The notes under the pieces were generated by a model. The model was not told the origin of the DNA, made no database searches, and worked only from the letters and a program-made list of their open reading frames with translations. The position numbers and the translations under genes are program-made. This document shows, piece after piece, positions 40,116-50,995 of a DNA stretch of 64,000 nt (position 1 is the first letter of the stretch; each line of letters opens with the position of its first letter). The DNA is from Candidatus Bathyarchaeota archaeon (GTDB lineage: Archaea; Thermoproteota; Bathyarchaeia; Bathyarchaeales; Bathycorpusculaceae): positions 160,001 through 224,000 of the forward strand of contig CAWHVC010000003.1 in NCBI GenBank assembly GCA_963832745.1, read 5' to 3'.

Positions 40116-40133
40116 TCAAAAACCCTTCACCAA

Positions 40134-40185
40134 CTATTAGGATCTCCCAATAGAAAGTGTATGCAGAAACCTATAGAGGGTAGGG
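40134..40185 (-). repeat. Dispersed intergenic repeat, copy 3
   Basis: TATGCAGAAACCTATAG at 40160-40176, preceded by CTATTAGG..CCCAATAG and followed by AGGGTAGG. Confidence 0.75.
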
Positions 40186-40290
40186 TAAAACAAGCCTAAA
40201 CAGTTCTGAAAACAACAAATCACTAAGGGGGTAGGTCCTATTGGTTGAAAAACAAGCCATTAGTATGTTAAAAAATGGTAGAAAAGGGGT

Positions 40291-41451
40291 TTAGAAGGCA
40301 CTTGCGATGCGTTCGCAGGCTTCTTTGATGCGTTCTTTTGGCTGCGTAAAAGTCATGCGTATGTAGCCTTCACCGTACTTGCCAAAGCCTATACCCGGAG
40401 TCACAGCGACACCAACATCAAGCAGTTTAGCCGCAAACTTCATTGAATCGCCCTTACAGTTTACCCACACATAAAACGTTGCTTTGGGTGCTTTACAGGG
40501 GTAACCAATCTTTGCCAACGTGTTAACAAGCAGGTCGCGACGTTCTGCCATGATTTGGTTGTTTTTGCGCAGGAATTCTGGTTGGTCACTGTTCTTGTAA
40601 ACGCCAAGTGCCGCAGCTGCGACTTTTTGTGTATAGACTGGTGGGCCAGAGTCGATTTGGGACTTGATTTTTGTTAAGCCTGCTACGAGCTGCTTGTTAC
40701 CGACTGCGAATGCGATGCGGTCGCCTGTCATGTTAAAAGTTTTGCTGAGTGAATGGAATTCGATTGCGACTTCTTCCGCGCCGGGGATTTCAAGGATGCT
40801 TGGTGCACGGTAGCCGTCGTATGTGATTTCTGAGTAAGCGTTGTCGTAGCAGAGGATGATGTTGTTCTCTTTGGCGTATTCCACGGCTTCTTTGAGGAAT
40901 GCTTTGTCAACTGTGGCAGCCGTAGGGTTGTTTGGGTAGTTTAGGAACATCATGCGTGCGTTTTGAGGGTCAATGGCGTTTAGGTCAGGCTGGAAATTGT
41001 CATCTTCAAGCATCGGCATCGGCACAGCAACACCGTCGCAGAGGATTGTGCTTCCATTAGCGTACACGGGGTAAGCTGGGTCAGGAACAAGCACTTTGTC
41101 ACCAGGGTTTACGAAGGCGCGTGCAATATTTGCGATACCCTCCTTAGAACCCAACAAAGCGACAACTTGGTCGTGAGCAACATCGGCGCCGAAACGGTTC
41201 TTGTACCAACAGGAGACCGCCTCTCGGAAGTCGGGTTCACCCTGACTAAAAGAGTAATTATGATTCTTCAAGTTAGAAGCCTCTTTAATCAACGCTTCAA
41301 CCACGAAATCGGGTGGTGGCAAGTCAGGGTCACCAATGCTTAGAGAGATTAAGTCGACACCTTGGGCTTTCTTCTCTTTTTGAATTTTTTCTATTTCAGC
41401 AAACAGGTACGGCGGTAACCGTCTAACTCGTTCAGCATATTCAAAATTCAT
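40291..41451 (-). CDS. dapL: LL-diaminopimelate aminotransferase
   Basis: LPPYLF, NYPNNPT, DNAYSE, SLSKTFNMTG; last gene of the dap cluster. Confidence 0.88.
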   Translation of the reverse strand: MNFEYAERVRRLPPYLFAEIEKIQKEKKAQGVDLISLSIGDPDLPPPDFVVEALIKEASNLKNHNYSFSQGEPDFREAVSCWYKNRFGADVAHDQVVALLGSKEGIANIARAFVNPGDKVLVPDPAYPVYANGSTILCDGVAVPMPMLEDDNFQPDLNAIDPQNARMMFLNYPNNPTAATVDKAFLKEAVEYAKENNIILCYDNAYSEITYDGYRAPSILEIPGAEEVAIEFHSLSKTFNMTGDRIAFAVGNKQLVAGLTKIKSQIDSGPPVYTQKVAAAALGVYKNSDQPEFLRKNNQIMAERRDLLVNTLAKIGYPCKAPKATFYVWVNCKGDSMKFAAKLLDVGVAVTPGIGFGKYGEGYIRMTFTQPKERIKEACERIASAF

Positions 41452-41454
41452 TTT

Positions 41455-42291
41455 TTAGTAATCTCCAAATAATGTGCCCTGGTAAACTTTTTCGGCAGCT
41501 CCGCTTAGAAACAAGCTACTTTTGCCAACCTCAACCTGCAAGTCTCCACCAAGTACGTGAACAGTAACTTTGTTACCTACTTTGCCAAGTTTGTTTGCGG
41601 CAGCCACAGCAGCACAGGTTCCAGTGCCACATGCAAGGGTTTCACCACAGCCACGTTCCCAAACACGCACTTTAAGCTCATTTTTGCCTATAACTTGGAC
41701 AAAGCCAACGTTAGTACGGTTAGGGAAAGCTTCATGATTCTCAACCATTGGACCGACATACTCTACAGGGGTTTCGTCAACGTTTTCAACAAAAATTATG
41801 CAGTGCGGGTTACCCATGGATAAGCAGGTTACGTTGTAGGATTCTTCGTCAACTGTTAAGTTACAGTTTATACAGGTGCCTTCGCCAGCCATCGGCAAGG
41901 ATTTACGTTCCCAATTAGGCACACCCATATCTACCTTAACCGTTGCAACCTCGTCACCTTGAAGGTTTAACCAAATGCTCTTAATGCCACCAAGGGTTTC
42001 AACTTGAAACTCAGACTTTTTGACAACACCATTCTCGTAACAGTACTTGCTAAAGCAACGGATGCCATTACCGCACATTTCCGCCTCACTACCGTCAGAG
42101 TTGAAAATCCGCATTTTCACTTCAGCCACCTTTGAGTTGCAAACAAGCAGCAACCCGTCGGCGCCAACTGAAAAACGGCGTTGACAAAGCTTCTTGGCTA
42201 AGTCTGCGGCTTTTTGGTCACCTATCTTTTCATCTCGGTTATCAATTACTACGTAGTCGTTTCCTAACCCATGCATTTTCCAAAACTGCAT
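41455..42291 (-). CDS. dapF: Diaminopimelate epimerase
   Basis: KMHGLGND, MCGNG, GNPH, ERG..TLACGTG. Confidence 0.96.
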   Translation of the reverse strand: MQFWKMHGLGNDYVVIDNRDEKIGDQKAADLAKKLCQRRFSVGADGLLLVCNSKVAEVKMRIFNSDGSEAEMCGNGIRCFSKYCYENGVVKKSEFQVETLGGIKSIWLNLQGDEVATVKVDMGVPNWERKSLPMAGEGTCINCNLTVDEESYNVTCLSMGNPHCIIFVENVDETPVEYVGPMVENHEAFPNRTNVGFVQVIGKNELKVRVWERGCGETLACGTGTCAAVAAANKLGKVGNKVTVHVLGGDLQVEVGKSSLFLSGAAEKVYQGTLFGDY

Positions 42292-42292
42292 A

Positions 42293-43585
42293 TTACTCAC
42301 TTTTTGCCATGCGTTGACTTGTCAGCAAGTCTTGAAGTTGCTCTCGTTCCCTGACTAATACAGGTTTTCCCTGCTGAATCATGACTTCTGCTGCACGTGG
42401 ACGCGAATTGTACTGTGAACTCATGCTAAACCCGTAAGCTCCAGCGTTAAGAATCGCTAAAACGTCGCCTTCATTTACCAGCGGCAATTCACGGTCTTTA
42501 GCTAAGACGTCTCCAGACTCGCAGATTGGACCGACAACATCAAAAGTTTCAGTTTCCTCAGGCTGCAGCTTGTCAGCTACCAGTATCGGGTGATAGGAAC
42601 CGTACATTGCTGGGCGAATTAACGTGTTGAAGCCTGCGTCAACGCCGATAAAGTTGCGGTGAGGCGTAACTTTTATCGTGTTAACAGTGGTTAGCAGGAT
42701 GCTTGCGTCACAGACAAGGTATCTACCCGGTTCGATACATAGGAAAGGCTTGCCTAAATTGTACTCTTTTACTTTGGATTTAACCAGTGAAACCACTTTA
42801 GAAGCGAATTCAGATAAATCCAGATCCTTATCTTTTGGCTGATAAGGAACCCCAAGACCACCACCTAAATCAATAAACTCAAAATCTATACCCAACTCGT
42901 CATGAACCCGCTTAGCAATACTCAAAAACTTCTCCACCGCCTGAACAAACGGGTCAATCTTTAGTATACCTGAACCAATATGCATATGAATACCGAAACG
43001 TTCAACTCGCGCCTTCTTTGCAGTCGCATAAGCCTTTAGCGCTTCTTGTTCCCAAAGACCAAACTTTGTTTCTGGACCAGCGGTGATACAGTGGTTGTGG
43101 TGTCCTGCGCCTACTTCGGGGTTAACACGCACGGAAATCATTGGGGGAACTGCAATCTTGAGTAATCGGTCAAGTTCGCTTTGGCTATCAATATTTATAG
43201 TGATACCTGCTCCCGCGAGGAATTTGAGTTCGTCATTTCGGACGCTTGTTCCTGTGAATAGGATTCGGTCTGGGGTGAAGCCGCTGCTCAAACCCATATA
43301 GACTTCGCCGGGGCTAACGGTGTCAAGGTATGCGCCTTCAGATTGGAGAATCTTTAGAACAGTCAAGTTCGTGTTAGCCTTACATGCGTAGTATATGCGC
43401 AGGTCCTTGTAGTTGCGGACTAAAGCGTCATGTAACCTGTTATAGTTGTCCCGGATTCGCTTCTCACTTATCACGTAAAGTGGAGTATCATACTTTTGAG
43501 CTAAATCCTTAACTGAGAAACCGTCAAAATATAGGTTACCTTTACGGTCCTCTAAGGGTTCACGAAGTTTACGTTTTACCATCAA
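42293..43585 (-). CDS. lysA: Diaminopimelate decarboxylase
   Basis: YACKAN, HIGS, EPGR, GPICESGD. Confidence 0.96.
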   Translation of the reverse strand: MMVKRKLREPLEDRKGNLYFDGFSVKDLAQKYDTPLYVISEKRIRDNYNRLHDALVRNYKDLRIYYACKANTNLTVLKILQSEGAYLDTVSPGEVYMGLSSGFTPDRILFTGTSVRNDELKFLAGAGITINIDSQSELDRLLKIAVPPMISVRVNPEVGAGHHNHCITAGPETKFGLWEQEALKAYATAKKARVERFGIHMHIGSGILKIDPFVQAVEKFLSIAKRVHDELGIDFEFIDLGGGLGVPYQPKDKDLDLSEFASKVVSLVKSKVKEYNLGKPFLCIEPGRYLVCDASILLTTVNTIKVTPHRNFIGVDAGFNTLIRPAMYGSYHPILVADKLQPEETETFDVVGPICESGDVLAKDRELPLVNEGDVLAILNAGAYGFSMSSQYNSRPRAAEVMIQQGKPVLVREREQLQDLLTSQRMAKSE

Positions 43586-43623
43586 TTCACACCAGATTTC
43601 AAAGTTAGTATAAGAAGGGAGAT

Positions 43624-44682
43624 TTAAGCTAAGCCTTTAGAAACATACAGCTCAGCACTTAAAATACCGCCACCTGCAGCGCCACGGACAGTGTTGTGAC
43701 CCAAACACATGTACTTGAAAGTCATAATTGGATCCTTACGTATTCTACCGACTACGACACTCATACCACAGCCTGTGTCCCGGTCAAAACGCGGTTGAGG
43801 ACGATTCTTTTCATGCCGCACAACGATTGGATGAAGCGGTGCACTTGGCAACTTAAGCTTTTGAGGTTCACCTTGGAAACTGGCAAACGCTTCCTCAATT
43901 TCCTCAATACTTGGGTCTTGTTCAAGCTTAATAAAGACTGATTCTAAATGGCCATCCTTAACGTTAACACGGTTACAGCTTGCACTAAGCTGAAATTCAG
44001 CGTTCTGCACGTTAAACCCATTAAACTTACCTAAGATTTTAAGGGCTTCAGCTTCCATCTTTTCCTCTTCACCTGAAATGAAAGGAACCACATTATCAAG
44101 TATGTCTAATGAAGGAACACCCGGATAGCCTGCACCGCTAAGTGCCTGCATAGTGGATACCATGATTTGCTTTAAGCCAAACTGCATAAGCGGCTTAAGC
44201 GAGATTGCAAGTTGAATAGTACTGCAGTTAGGGTCAGTTGTAATAAAGCCCTTCCAGCCACGCAGTTTCTGTTGAACCTTAACCATTTCGATGTGATCAG
44301 GATTAATTTCTGGAATCAGAAGTGGAACGTCTTTGTCCATTCGGTGAGCGCTTGCTTTGCTAAACACTGGATAGAGCGCGCCGAACTCGTTTTCCACCGG
44401 CCCCGCTAAATCACCAGGCAGTGAAGTGAATACTAAGTCGAAGTCGCCTGTTTGCTCCGCTGACTTAACATCTATGTTGGCTACTGTCATCTCTGCGATT
44501 TCTTTTGGCATTTCTGTTTCCATAAGCCAAGTGCATGCGTCTTTGTATTTTTTGCCTGCTGACCGCTCTGACGCGGCGAGCACTGAAACCTCAAACCAGG
44601 GATGACCCTGCAAGAGCTGTATGTACCGTTGCCCAACGGCTCCGGTTGCGCCTAAAATGGCGACTTTACGCTTCATCGACAT
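43624..44682 (-). CDS. asd: Aspartate-semialdehyde dehydrogenase
   Basis: GATGAVG, PNCST, SGAGY, HNTVRGAAG. Confidence 0.96.
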   Translation of the reverse strand: MSMKRKVAILGATGAVGQRYIQLLQGHPWFEVSVLAASERSAGKKYKDACTWLMETEMPKEIAEMTVANIDVKSAEQTGDFDLVFTSLPGDLAGPVENEFGALYPVFSKASAHRMDKDVPLLIPEINPDHIEMVKVQQKLRGWKGFITTDPNCSTIQLAISLKPLMQFGLKQIMVSTMQALSGAGYPGVPSLDILDNVVPFISGEEEKMEAEALKILGKFNGFNVQNAEFQLSASCNRVNVKDGHLESVFIKLEQDPSIEEIEEAFASFQGEPQKLKLPSAPLHPIVVRHEKNRPQPRFDRDTGCGMSVVVGRIRKDPIMTFKYMCLGHNTVRGAAGGGILSAELYVSKGLA

Positions 44683-44755
44683 GACTTTATTCTTCCTCTG
44701 TGTATTCTTTGTGTATATTTTTCTTGATAAAAAAGTTAACGGGTAAAAAAGCAGG

Positions 44756-45550
44756 TTAAGTTAAACCTAAAACGTCAGCCATACTGTACAATTTAGGCAT
44801 GTCTTGCCTGCTTAACCATTGTGCTGCATAAACGGCGCCTTGCGCAAGTGCATCACGGGAAAACGCGGTATGCTCAATCCGAAGCATTTCGTGAGGTCCA
44901 GCAACGATTAAGTCATGAACCCCCGGGGTGCCGCCGGCACGCAACGAAGTGATTTCCATTTCATCAGGCTGCCTTGGACTCATACCTTCTCGACCTGTAA
45001 CTGTTTTTGAGTAACCACGCATATTTGAGATAATTTCTCCAAGCTTTACAGCGGTTCCACTTGGCGCATCCTTCTTGCCAGTGTGGTGAATCTCGTTTAT
45101 GCTAAAATCATAGCCTTCAGGGAAAGCATTGAGTGATTCAACAAGTTTGAAGAAAATATTTACACCTAAACTATAGTTGGGCGAGAATACAGCGGGAACC
45201 TTGCCATTCATTGCGTTAACGATTGTACGGTTTTGTTCTGGCGTGAAGCCGGTTGTGCCAAGGATTATACGTTTTCCTTGAGATGCAACTATGGGGATAT
45301 TGATTAGGTCGGCTGTGGGGGCTGTGAAACTAATGAAAACGTCAGCTTCGGCAAGTGCGCTGGTGATTTGGTCGGATCTTAAGATTATGGTGTCTTGTTC
45401 GGATATCCCCAAGTCTCGCAAAGTTTTACCTACAGCAGGGCTGCTTGGAGATTCAATAGCGCCAACTGTTAGGACATCTTTAGCTTTGGCTTCCCGAATA
45501 ATTGCCTGACCCATTCTGCCTGCTGCGCCTGCGACACAGAGCTTAAGCAT
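44756..45550 (-). CDS. dapB: 4-hydroxy-tetrahydrodipicolinate reductase
   Basis: GAAGRMG, GTTG, EIHH..KKDAPSGTA. Confidence 0.96.
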   Translation of the reverse strand: MLKLCVAGAAGRMGQAIIREAKAKDVLTVGAIESPSSPAVGKTLRDLGISEQDTIILRSDQITSALAEADVFISFTAPTADLINIPIVASQGKRIILGTTGFTPEQNRTIVNAMNGKVPAVFSPNYSLGVNIFFKLVESLNAFPEGYDFSINEIHHTGKKDAPSGTAVKLGEIISNMRGYSKTVTGREGMSPRQPDEMEITSLRAGGTPGVHDLIVAGPHEMLRIEHTAFSRDALAQGAVYAAQWLSRQDMPKLYSMADVLGLT

Positions 45551-46580
45551 ACGTTAACCCCTCAAGATACTTTTCATTGTAAAGCCTATCATTTAGGTCT
45601 ACGCTGAAGAATTCAGCGATTGGCTCAAGCACCTGCGGGTTTGCTTCGTAAACTTTGCGGGCGTTTTCTAAGACGATTTCGATGCCGGCGCGGGTCATTT
45701 TGCCTAATGGTTGCCTACATGGCCCGGAAGGCATACCCAGAATGTTCATCAGCGTCTTGAAAGCAAGAGGATTTCTTGCTTTACATATCACAGGACCGTA
45801 GGGTGTTGGTTCTTGCGTCTTTACAGTGACAATGTTGAAGAGTGGCTGGAGTCCTTGCTGGATTACTGCTGCGGCTTCCTCGTTCCCATCAAGTACATAG
45901 TGCACCATGTCTGCCACTGCTCGGGGCGCAACATTGGATACTACAGATATTACTCCAGTTGCTCTTATGTCGGGGCTCACCATCATGGCATATGTTTTTT
46001 CATCGTCACCGCTGATAATTTCAAAGTCTTCTCCACAAAACTGCCGTGTTAACTCCATATTCTTGAGGTCACCTGTTGCTTCCTTTACGCAGCGCACGTT
46101 TGGGTACTGCTGATGCAGAATGGCGAGATCTTGCGGAAGAAGCTGGGTTCCGGTTCGTCCTGGGATAATGTAGGGGATTACTTGAATTTCTGGGAATTGT
46201 CTTGCGATGGGTTCAATGTATTCTCTGCGGATTTCCATTGAGCTTGGCCCGTTATAGTAAGGGTCTACGAGCAGGACTGCGTTTACGCCTGCTTTTTGGG
46301 CATGCTCAGTTCCTTCAATGGCTTCTTGTGTAGAGTTGCTTCCCGTGCCAGCGATTGTTAAGCATCGATTACCCGCGTGTTCTCTGGTTTTTTCAATTAC
46401 TTTGCTGTGTTCTTCCCAGTTTAGGGTGGGTGATTCGCCTGTTGTTCCCACAGCGAGTAAACCTTTTACGCCTTCTTGGATTTGGAAGTCTATTAGGCGG
46501 TGTAAACCTTCATAGTCTACTTGTTGATTTGCCTTCATTGGCGTGATTAATGCTGTTGTGCAGCCACTGAATGTGAACAT
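45543..46580 (-). CDS. dapA: 4-hydroxy-tetrahydrodipicolinate synthase
   Basis: GTTGESPTL, PYYN, KEA, SGDD. Confidence 0.95.
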   Translation of the reverse strand: MFTFSGCTTALITPMKANQQVDYEGLHRLIDFQIQEGVKGLLAVGTTGESPTLNWEEHSKVIEKTREHAGNRCLTIAGTGSNSTQEAIEGTEHAQKAGVNAVLLVDPYYNGPSSMEIRREYIEPIARQFPEIQVIPYIIPGRTGTQLLPQDLAILHQQYPNVRCVKEATGDLKNMELTRQFCGEDFEIISGDDEKTYAMMVSPDIRATGVISVVSNVAPRAVADMVHYVLDGNEEAAAVIQQGLQPLFNIVTVKTQEPTPYGPVICKARNPLAFKTLMNILGMPSGPCRQPLGKMTRAGIEIVLENARKVYEANPQVLEPIAEFFSVDLNDRLYNEKYLEGLTYA

Positions 46581-46717
46581 GGTTATTTTTCCTCTTTATG
46601 GATGCAACATTAAAGACACCTCAATATTTAAGGTTTACGAATAACACATATTTTTTACGTTATACGTATATTTTAATAATAAAAAAAGGATTTGCCCAAT
46701 CTTAATTACGGAAATCA

Positions 46718-47026
46718 TCAAACATTTGAAGAATCGAGATAATAAGCAGTAAAAACTCCGCCACAATCAGGATACAAACCCCGCAAATACGCCAACGCCG
46801 CATCCAAACTGCCAGCCAAAGGAATCACCTGCAAAAAGTTATCAGACCTAACAACCTCAGAAAGCCGACCCGATTCAACCCCGACAATCCTAAGCCTCAA
46901 AACTTTCGGGCCACACTGAAAAACCGCAAACTCACCATTCATCGGCGTTCCTTTACGGACATCAATAGTCTTGATGCCTTGTTTTAGCCATTGGAAGACT
47001 TCTGTTTTTGCATACAAAAGAGGCAT
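46718..47026 (-). CDS. ASCH/PUA-domain protein
   Basis: WLKQGIKTIDVR (GxKxxExR-like). Confidence 0.7.
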   Translation of the reverse strand: MPLLYAKTEVFQWLKQGIKTIDVRKGTPMNGEFAVFQCGPKVLRLRIVGVESGRLSEVVRSDNFLQVIPLAGSLDAALAYLRGLYPDCGGVFTAYYLDSSNV

Positions 47027-47148
47027 TTGACAACAGCCAACGGTTTTTTAAAAAAGCTCCAAATTGATAAACTTTAGGTTAAAAACGGGTTAAATTAAAA
47101 CAAAAAATAAGAAATGGATTGTTTTTGATGGGCATGAAACTTGCGGTT

Positions 47149-47352
47149 TTAGGCTTTGCCTTTTTCTTCTTTACCGTAGTATTCGGTCCATTTCAGTTTA
47201 CGGGCATCTCTGCCGAATTTCAAGCTGCTTTTCTTGCATTTGCTTGAATCAAACCATAAAATGGAACCGTCGTTTTTAACGTACATCATGCCTGTACCCG
47301 CTGGGAAATCGTTACCGCAGAATGAACATTTTCTTGCTTTTGGCATGACCAA
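47149..47352 (-). CDS. rpl24e: 50S ribosomal protein L24e
   Basis: CSFCG..GTGMMYVKNDG..KLKWT. Confidence 0.96.
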   Translation of the reverse strand: MVMPKARKCSFCGNDFPAGTGMMYVKNDGSILWFDSSKCKKSSLKFGRDARKLKWTEYYGKEEKGKA

Positions 47353-47368
47353 TCATTCTCCATTTAGT

Positions 47369-47602
47369 TTATCGTGTAATTTTCTTTGCTTCACGTTCTG
47401 TTTCTCGGAGCATCAGGATATCTTGTACCCGAACTGGTCCTTTAACGTTGCGTGTAATGATTCTACCTTTATCTTTGCCTTCCATGATGCGCACTCTGAC
47501 CTGTGTGATTTCACCGGTGACGCCTGTGCGTCCGATGACCTGAATGACTTCGGCCGGAATTAATTGTTCCTGCGCTGCGGCGCGTTCTTCTTTAGCACTC
47601 AT
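47369..47602 (-). CDS. rps28e: 30S ribosomal protein S28e
   Basis: [22 protein letters not shown]. Confidence 0.97.
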   Translation of the reverse strand: MSAKEERAAAQEQLIPAEVIQVIGRTGVTGEITQVRVRIMEGKDKGRIITRNVKGPVRVQDILMLRETEREAKKITR

Positions 47603-47982
47603 TACTGAGTTCCTCGTTTAACCTGGTCAAGCCGTGTAATGATTTCTTTAATTAAGCCTGAAGCTTCTCCTTCTTTAATTATGCACGCTGATGCGCACGG
47701 AACGTCGATGCCGATTGCTTTTCCCAATGCTTCTTTTGTTGGAACGAAAACGTATGGAATCTTTCTTTCGTCACAAAGCAAAGGTAAGTGTGCAATAACT
47801 TCTGGAGGATCAACATCTTCTGCTATTACAACAAGTTTCGCTATGGACCGCTCAACTGCTTTTGTGGCTTCGTTTGTTCCTTTTCTAACTGAGCCAGATT
47901 TTGAAGCGATCGATAGGGCTTCATAGGCTGCATCTACGATTTCTTTTGGTACTTCAATTTTTACATAGAATGGTTTTGTCAT
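47602..47982 (-). CDS. rpl7ae: 50S ribosomal protein L7Ae
   Basis: [19 protein letters not shown]. Confidence 0.97.
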   Translation of the reverse strand: MTKPFYVKIEVPKEIVDAAYEALSIASKSGSVRKGTNEATKAVERSIAKLVVIAEDVDPPEVIAHLPLLCDERKIPYVFVPTKEALGKAIGIDVPCASACIIKEGEASGLIKEIITRLDQVKRGTQ

Positions 47983-48146
47983 TTTTTCTTAGCCTCACCC
48001 TTTTAAGGCAGAGTCATATCAACACTTCTCATTAAAGAAGCTTTCTGCTAATGATGCCCTGTATTTCACCATTGCACGAGCGGAAAATCGAAAGCTTTAA
48101 ATGCGCATTTACGTTGACCTTGATGTTTTTCGAGAGGGGAACGGGT

Positions 48147-48392
48147 TTGCAGAGATTGGGCAAAGTATTGAATGTTACGCCATCAAGCAGCCTCATAGTA
48201 AAGACAGAAAGTCCTCCAAAGCTTGGCTGTGAGGTTGTTGACGAAGGCTTGAATGTTGTGGGCAAAGTTTTTGACATTATAGGTCCAGTGTCATCTCCAT
48301 ATGCTGTGATTAAACCAAACGTAAAGAATTCTGCTGTACTACTGAATAAGCCATTATATTTGCTTCTCTCGAAAACGCGGAGCAAAAGATAA
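48147..48392 (+). CDS. gar1: H/ACA RNP protein Gar1
   Basis: [15 protein letters not shown]; TTG after GAGGGG; upstream of tfb. Confidence 0.88.
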   Translation: MQRLGKVLNVTPSSSLIVKTESPPKLGCEVVDEGLNVVGKVFDIIGPVSSPYAVIKPNVKNSAVLLNKPLYLLLSKTRSKR

Positions 48393-49360
48393 TGTCAGTT
48401 AGAGATAGTAGTAAACTACATGAAGTTGACCCAGCAGCAAAAACTGAACCAGCCAAGGTACAAGCGTGCCCTGAATGCGGCAGCACAAGGATAATGCGTG
48501 ACTACGAATGCGCTGAAATCGTTTGCATGGATTGCGGTTTTGTTGTTCAACAAAAAATCGCAGACAGAGGACCAGAATGGAGAGCCTTTGATGATGAACA
48601 AAGATCAAAACGCACAAGGGTCGGTGCACCTTTAACCTACACAATTCATGATAAAGGATTATCTACGACCATTGATTGGCATGACAGGGATATCTATGGC
48701 AAAAGCTTATCGCCAGGCCAGAAAGCTCAAGTTTACCGATTACGCAAATGGCAAAGACGCATTAGAGTTTCAGATGCAACAGAACGTAACTTGGCTTTTG
48801 CGTTATCTGAAATCACCAAGATTTCCAACAATTTGAATCTACCCAAGAACATTTTGGAAACGGCCTCAGTTATTTACCGAAAAGCAGTCAAAGAACGCTT
48901 AATCCGTGGACGATCAATCCAGGGTGTAACGTCAGCGGCGCTTTACTTGGCATGCAGACAATGCGGTCTACCTAGAACTCTTGACGAGATTGCTCAGGCT
49001 TCAACGGTTAACAAAAAAGAAGTTGGAAGAAGCTACCGGTTCTTAATAAAAGAATTAAACTATTCCATACCGCCACTTAAACCAAGCCAATATATCACCA
49101 AATTTTCCAATCAACTTACGATGCAGGGAAAAGTTGAAGAAATCGCTCACAAAATCCTTTCCGCAGCTAAAGAGCTTAAACTCACTTCTGGGCGTGGACC
49201 AACCGGTATTGCAGCGGCTGCAAGTTATGTTGCGTCGGTTTTGACTGGCGAACGTAAGACGCAGAGGGAAATCGCTGAGATTGCGCAGGTTACTGAGGTT
49301 ACAATTAGGAACCGATACAAGGAGCTTGTTGAACGGTTAATGTTTGAAATAAGCATTTAA
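48392..49360 (+). CDS. tfb: Transcription initiation factor IIB
   Basis: CPEC zinc ribbon, GPEWRAF, cyclin repeats, [11 protein letters not shown]. Confidence 0.98.
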   Translation: MSVRDSSKLHEVDPAAKTEPAKVQACPECGSTRIMRDYECAEIVCMDCGFVVQQKIADRGPEWRAFDDEQRSKRTRVGAPLTYTIHDKGLSTTIDWHDRDIYGKSLSPGQKAQVYRLRKWQRRIRVSDATERNLAFALSEITKISNNLNLPKNILETASVIYRKAVKERLIRGRSIQGVTSAALYLACRQCGLPRTLDEIAQASTVNKKEVGRSYRFLIKELNYSIPPLKPSQYITKFSNQLTMQGKVEEIAHKILSAAKELKLTSGRGPTGIAAAASYVASVLTGERKTQREIAEIAQVTEVTIRNRYKELVERLMFEISI

Positions 49361-49506
49361 ACGCCTTTTTCTTTTTTGTTTTTATCTTTTTGCAGCAATT
49401 GAAATGTTGATTGTTTGTTTTTAGGCATTTTATGCAAAAATGTTAAAGCCGATAAAGTGTTCCAATTCTAAACAGTAGTCAGAATAGTTATTGCGGAGAA
49501 GGCGAA

Positions 49507-49935
49507 ATGGCAGTTAACTGTCCTAACTGTGGCACAAAACAAACAAACGCAGCAAGAACAGTCACAATATTACAAACTATACAAGACGGCGCTATACCAA
49601 CTGAAGTAGACGTTGACATATTTGAGTGCACAACATGCAAAGCATTATTCACACAAGACATAACCACCCAAATAGATAACCCAAAAAACGAGAAATCTTG
49701 GACAGGTTTAATGGAAAGGCTATCCAAAGTGCAGTTGGGACTAAAACAGAACTTGGCCAATTTGAGAGAGAATTTAATTGTGTTTGAAACCGAGTGTTCA
49801 GGGGTGCTTTTTGAGTTAGAAACAATCCGCAAGGGTTCTGAGTCAAAGGCGATTGGTCTTAAAGAAGACGTCAACAGACTGCGTGCGGAAATTCAGGACC
49901 TCAGAGACGCCTTGGGACTAAAAAAGGAAACCTGA
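49507..49935 (+). CDS. Zinc-ribbon + coiled-coil hypothetical protein
   Basis: CPNCG..CTTC, heptad-like C-terminus. Confidence 0.7.
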   Translation: MAVNCPNCGTKQTNAARTVTILQTIQDGAIPTEVDVDIFECTTCKALFTQDITTQIDNPKNEKSWTGLMERLSKVQLGLKQNLANLRENLIVFETECSGVLFELETIRKGSESKAIGLKEDVNRLRAEIQDLRDALGLKKET

Positions 49936-50008
49936 TTAGCCGTTTGCTTTTTTAATAATGTAAAGGTAACAGGTATTTTTTTAAGCGTGGTTTTTCCATA
50001 TTTAGCAT

Positions 50009-50623
50009 ATGCCCTATAAATTTACTTTCGATTTATCAAATGTACCAAGGTTTTTCTTCACCGAACTTGCAACGGTGAGTTACCAGAAGGGCATGCATAC
50101 AGCCATACTAAATACGTCACTTGACATAATAAAAAAATTCAAAATTGAAGAAGCAACAGGATTAAACGTTAACGACGCCGTGATTTTGCTTCACGACTTA
50201 ATTGACATGCAGGCCGTTAACATGATTGAACGTAACAGGTTTTTAGAAAGCAAAAAAAGAGCACTTGTACTGCCTCATTGCTCCAGAAAATTCTTAGATG
50301 GCCGTTGCAAAGCAGTTTTTGACTCAAATATTCCATCTTATGTTTGTTCTCACTGTTCAGAAGACTGCATGATTAATCAAGCTGATAAGTTAGCTAAAGA
50401 GAAAGGCTATGATGTGTACATTCTAGCAGGCGGCTCCTGTATTCCAAAACTTTTGAAGAACAACAAGTATGAGGGAGTTGTAGGCGTTGCTTGTGGTGAA
50501 GAGTTAAAGATGCTTCAGCCGCTACTGAGTAACTTGAATATGGCGGGGCAAGCTATTCCGTTGATTAAGAATGGCTGTGCAAACACGGTTTTTAACATGG
50601 AAACACTGGCAAAAGTACTTTAA
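50009..50623 (+). CDS. DUF116-family protein
   Basis: LPHC..C..C..C, GGS, GVAC..EL, GC. Confidence 0.85.
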   Translation: MPYKFTFDLSNVPRFFFTELATVSYQKGMHTAILNTSLDIIKKFKIEEATGLNVNDAVILLHDLIDMQAVNMIERNRFLESKKRALVLPHCSRKFLDGRCKAVFDSNIPSYVCSHCSEDCMINQADKLAKEKGYDVYILAGGSCIPKLLKNNKYEGVVGVACGEELKMLQPLLSNLNMAGQAIPLIKNGCANTVFNMETLAKVL

Positions 50624-50754
50624 GCCACCGGTTGCTAAACGCTCAGTTTCAAGCATGTTTGAATCTTACGCAAAAAGCCGCTAATTAGATTTATTTTAAA
50701 TATTAAAATTTAGTTTTGAATTTAGAAAATATAGCAAAATAAGTAAAGAAATTA

Positions 50755-50916
50755 TTACTTTACTAGTTCGCGTTTCTTCCAGCGCAGGTTCTTGCCTTTA
50801 CATTTGCGGCATTTTAGCGCTGTCTCTGCGTTTCGTGCACCGCAGTCGCGGCAGATTTTCATATACAACCTGTGCTTTTGAGCGATTGTTTTCTTAACTG
50901 GATCTAATATCGGCAT
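50755..50916 (-). CDS. rpl40e: 50S ribosomal protein L40e (not in ORF track)
   Basis: MPILDP..KICRDCGARN..KCRKC..NLRWKKRE, 53 aa. Confidence 0.95.
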   Translation of the reverse strand: MPILDPVKKTIAQKHRLYMKICRDCGARNAETALKCRKCKGKNLRWKKRELVK

Positions 50917-50995
50917 CTTGATGTTATCCTTCTGCTTTTAAGCTACTTCTTTGATGGTTAACTGTCAAATATACCTTTTGTCTAAACTTGACAGT

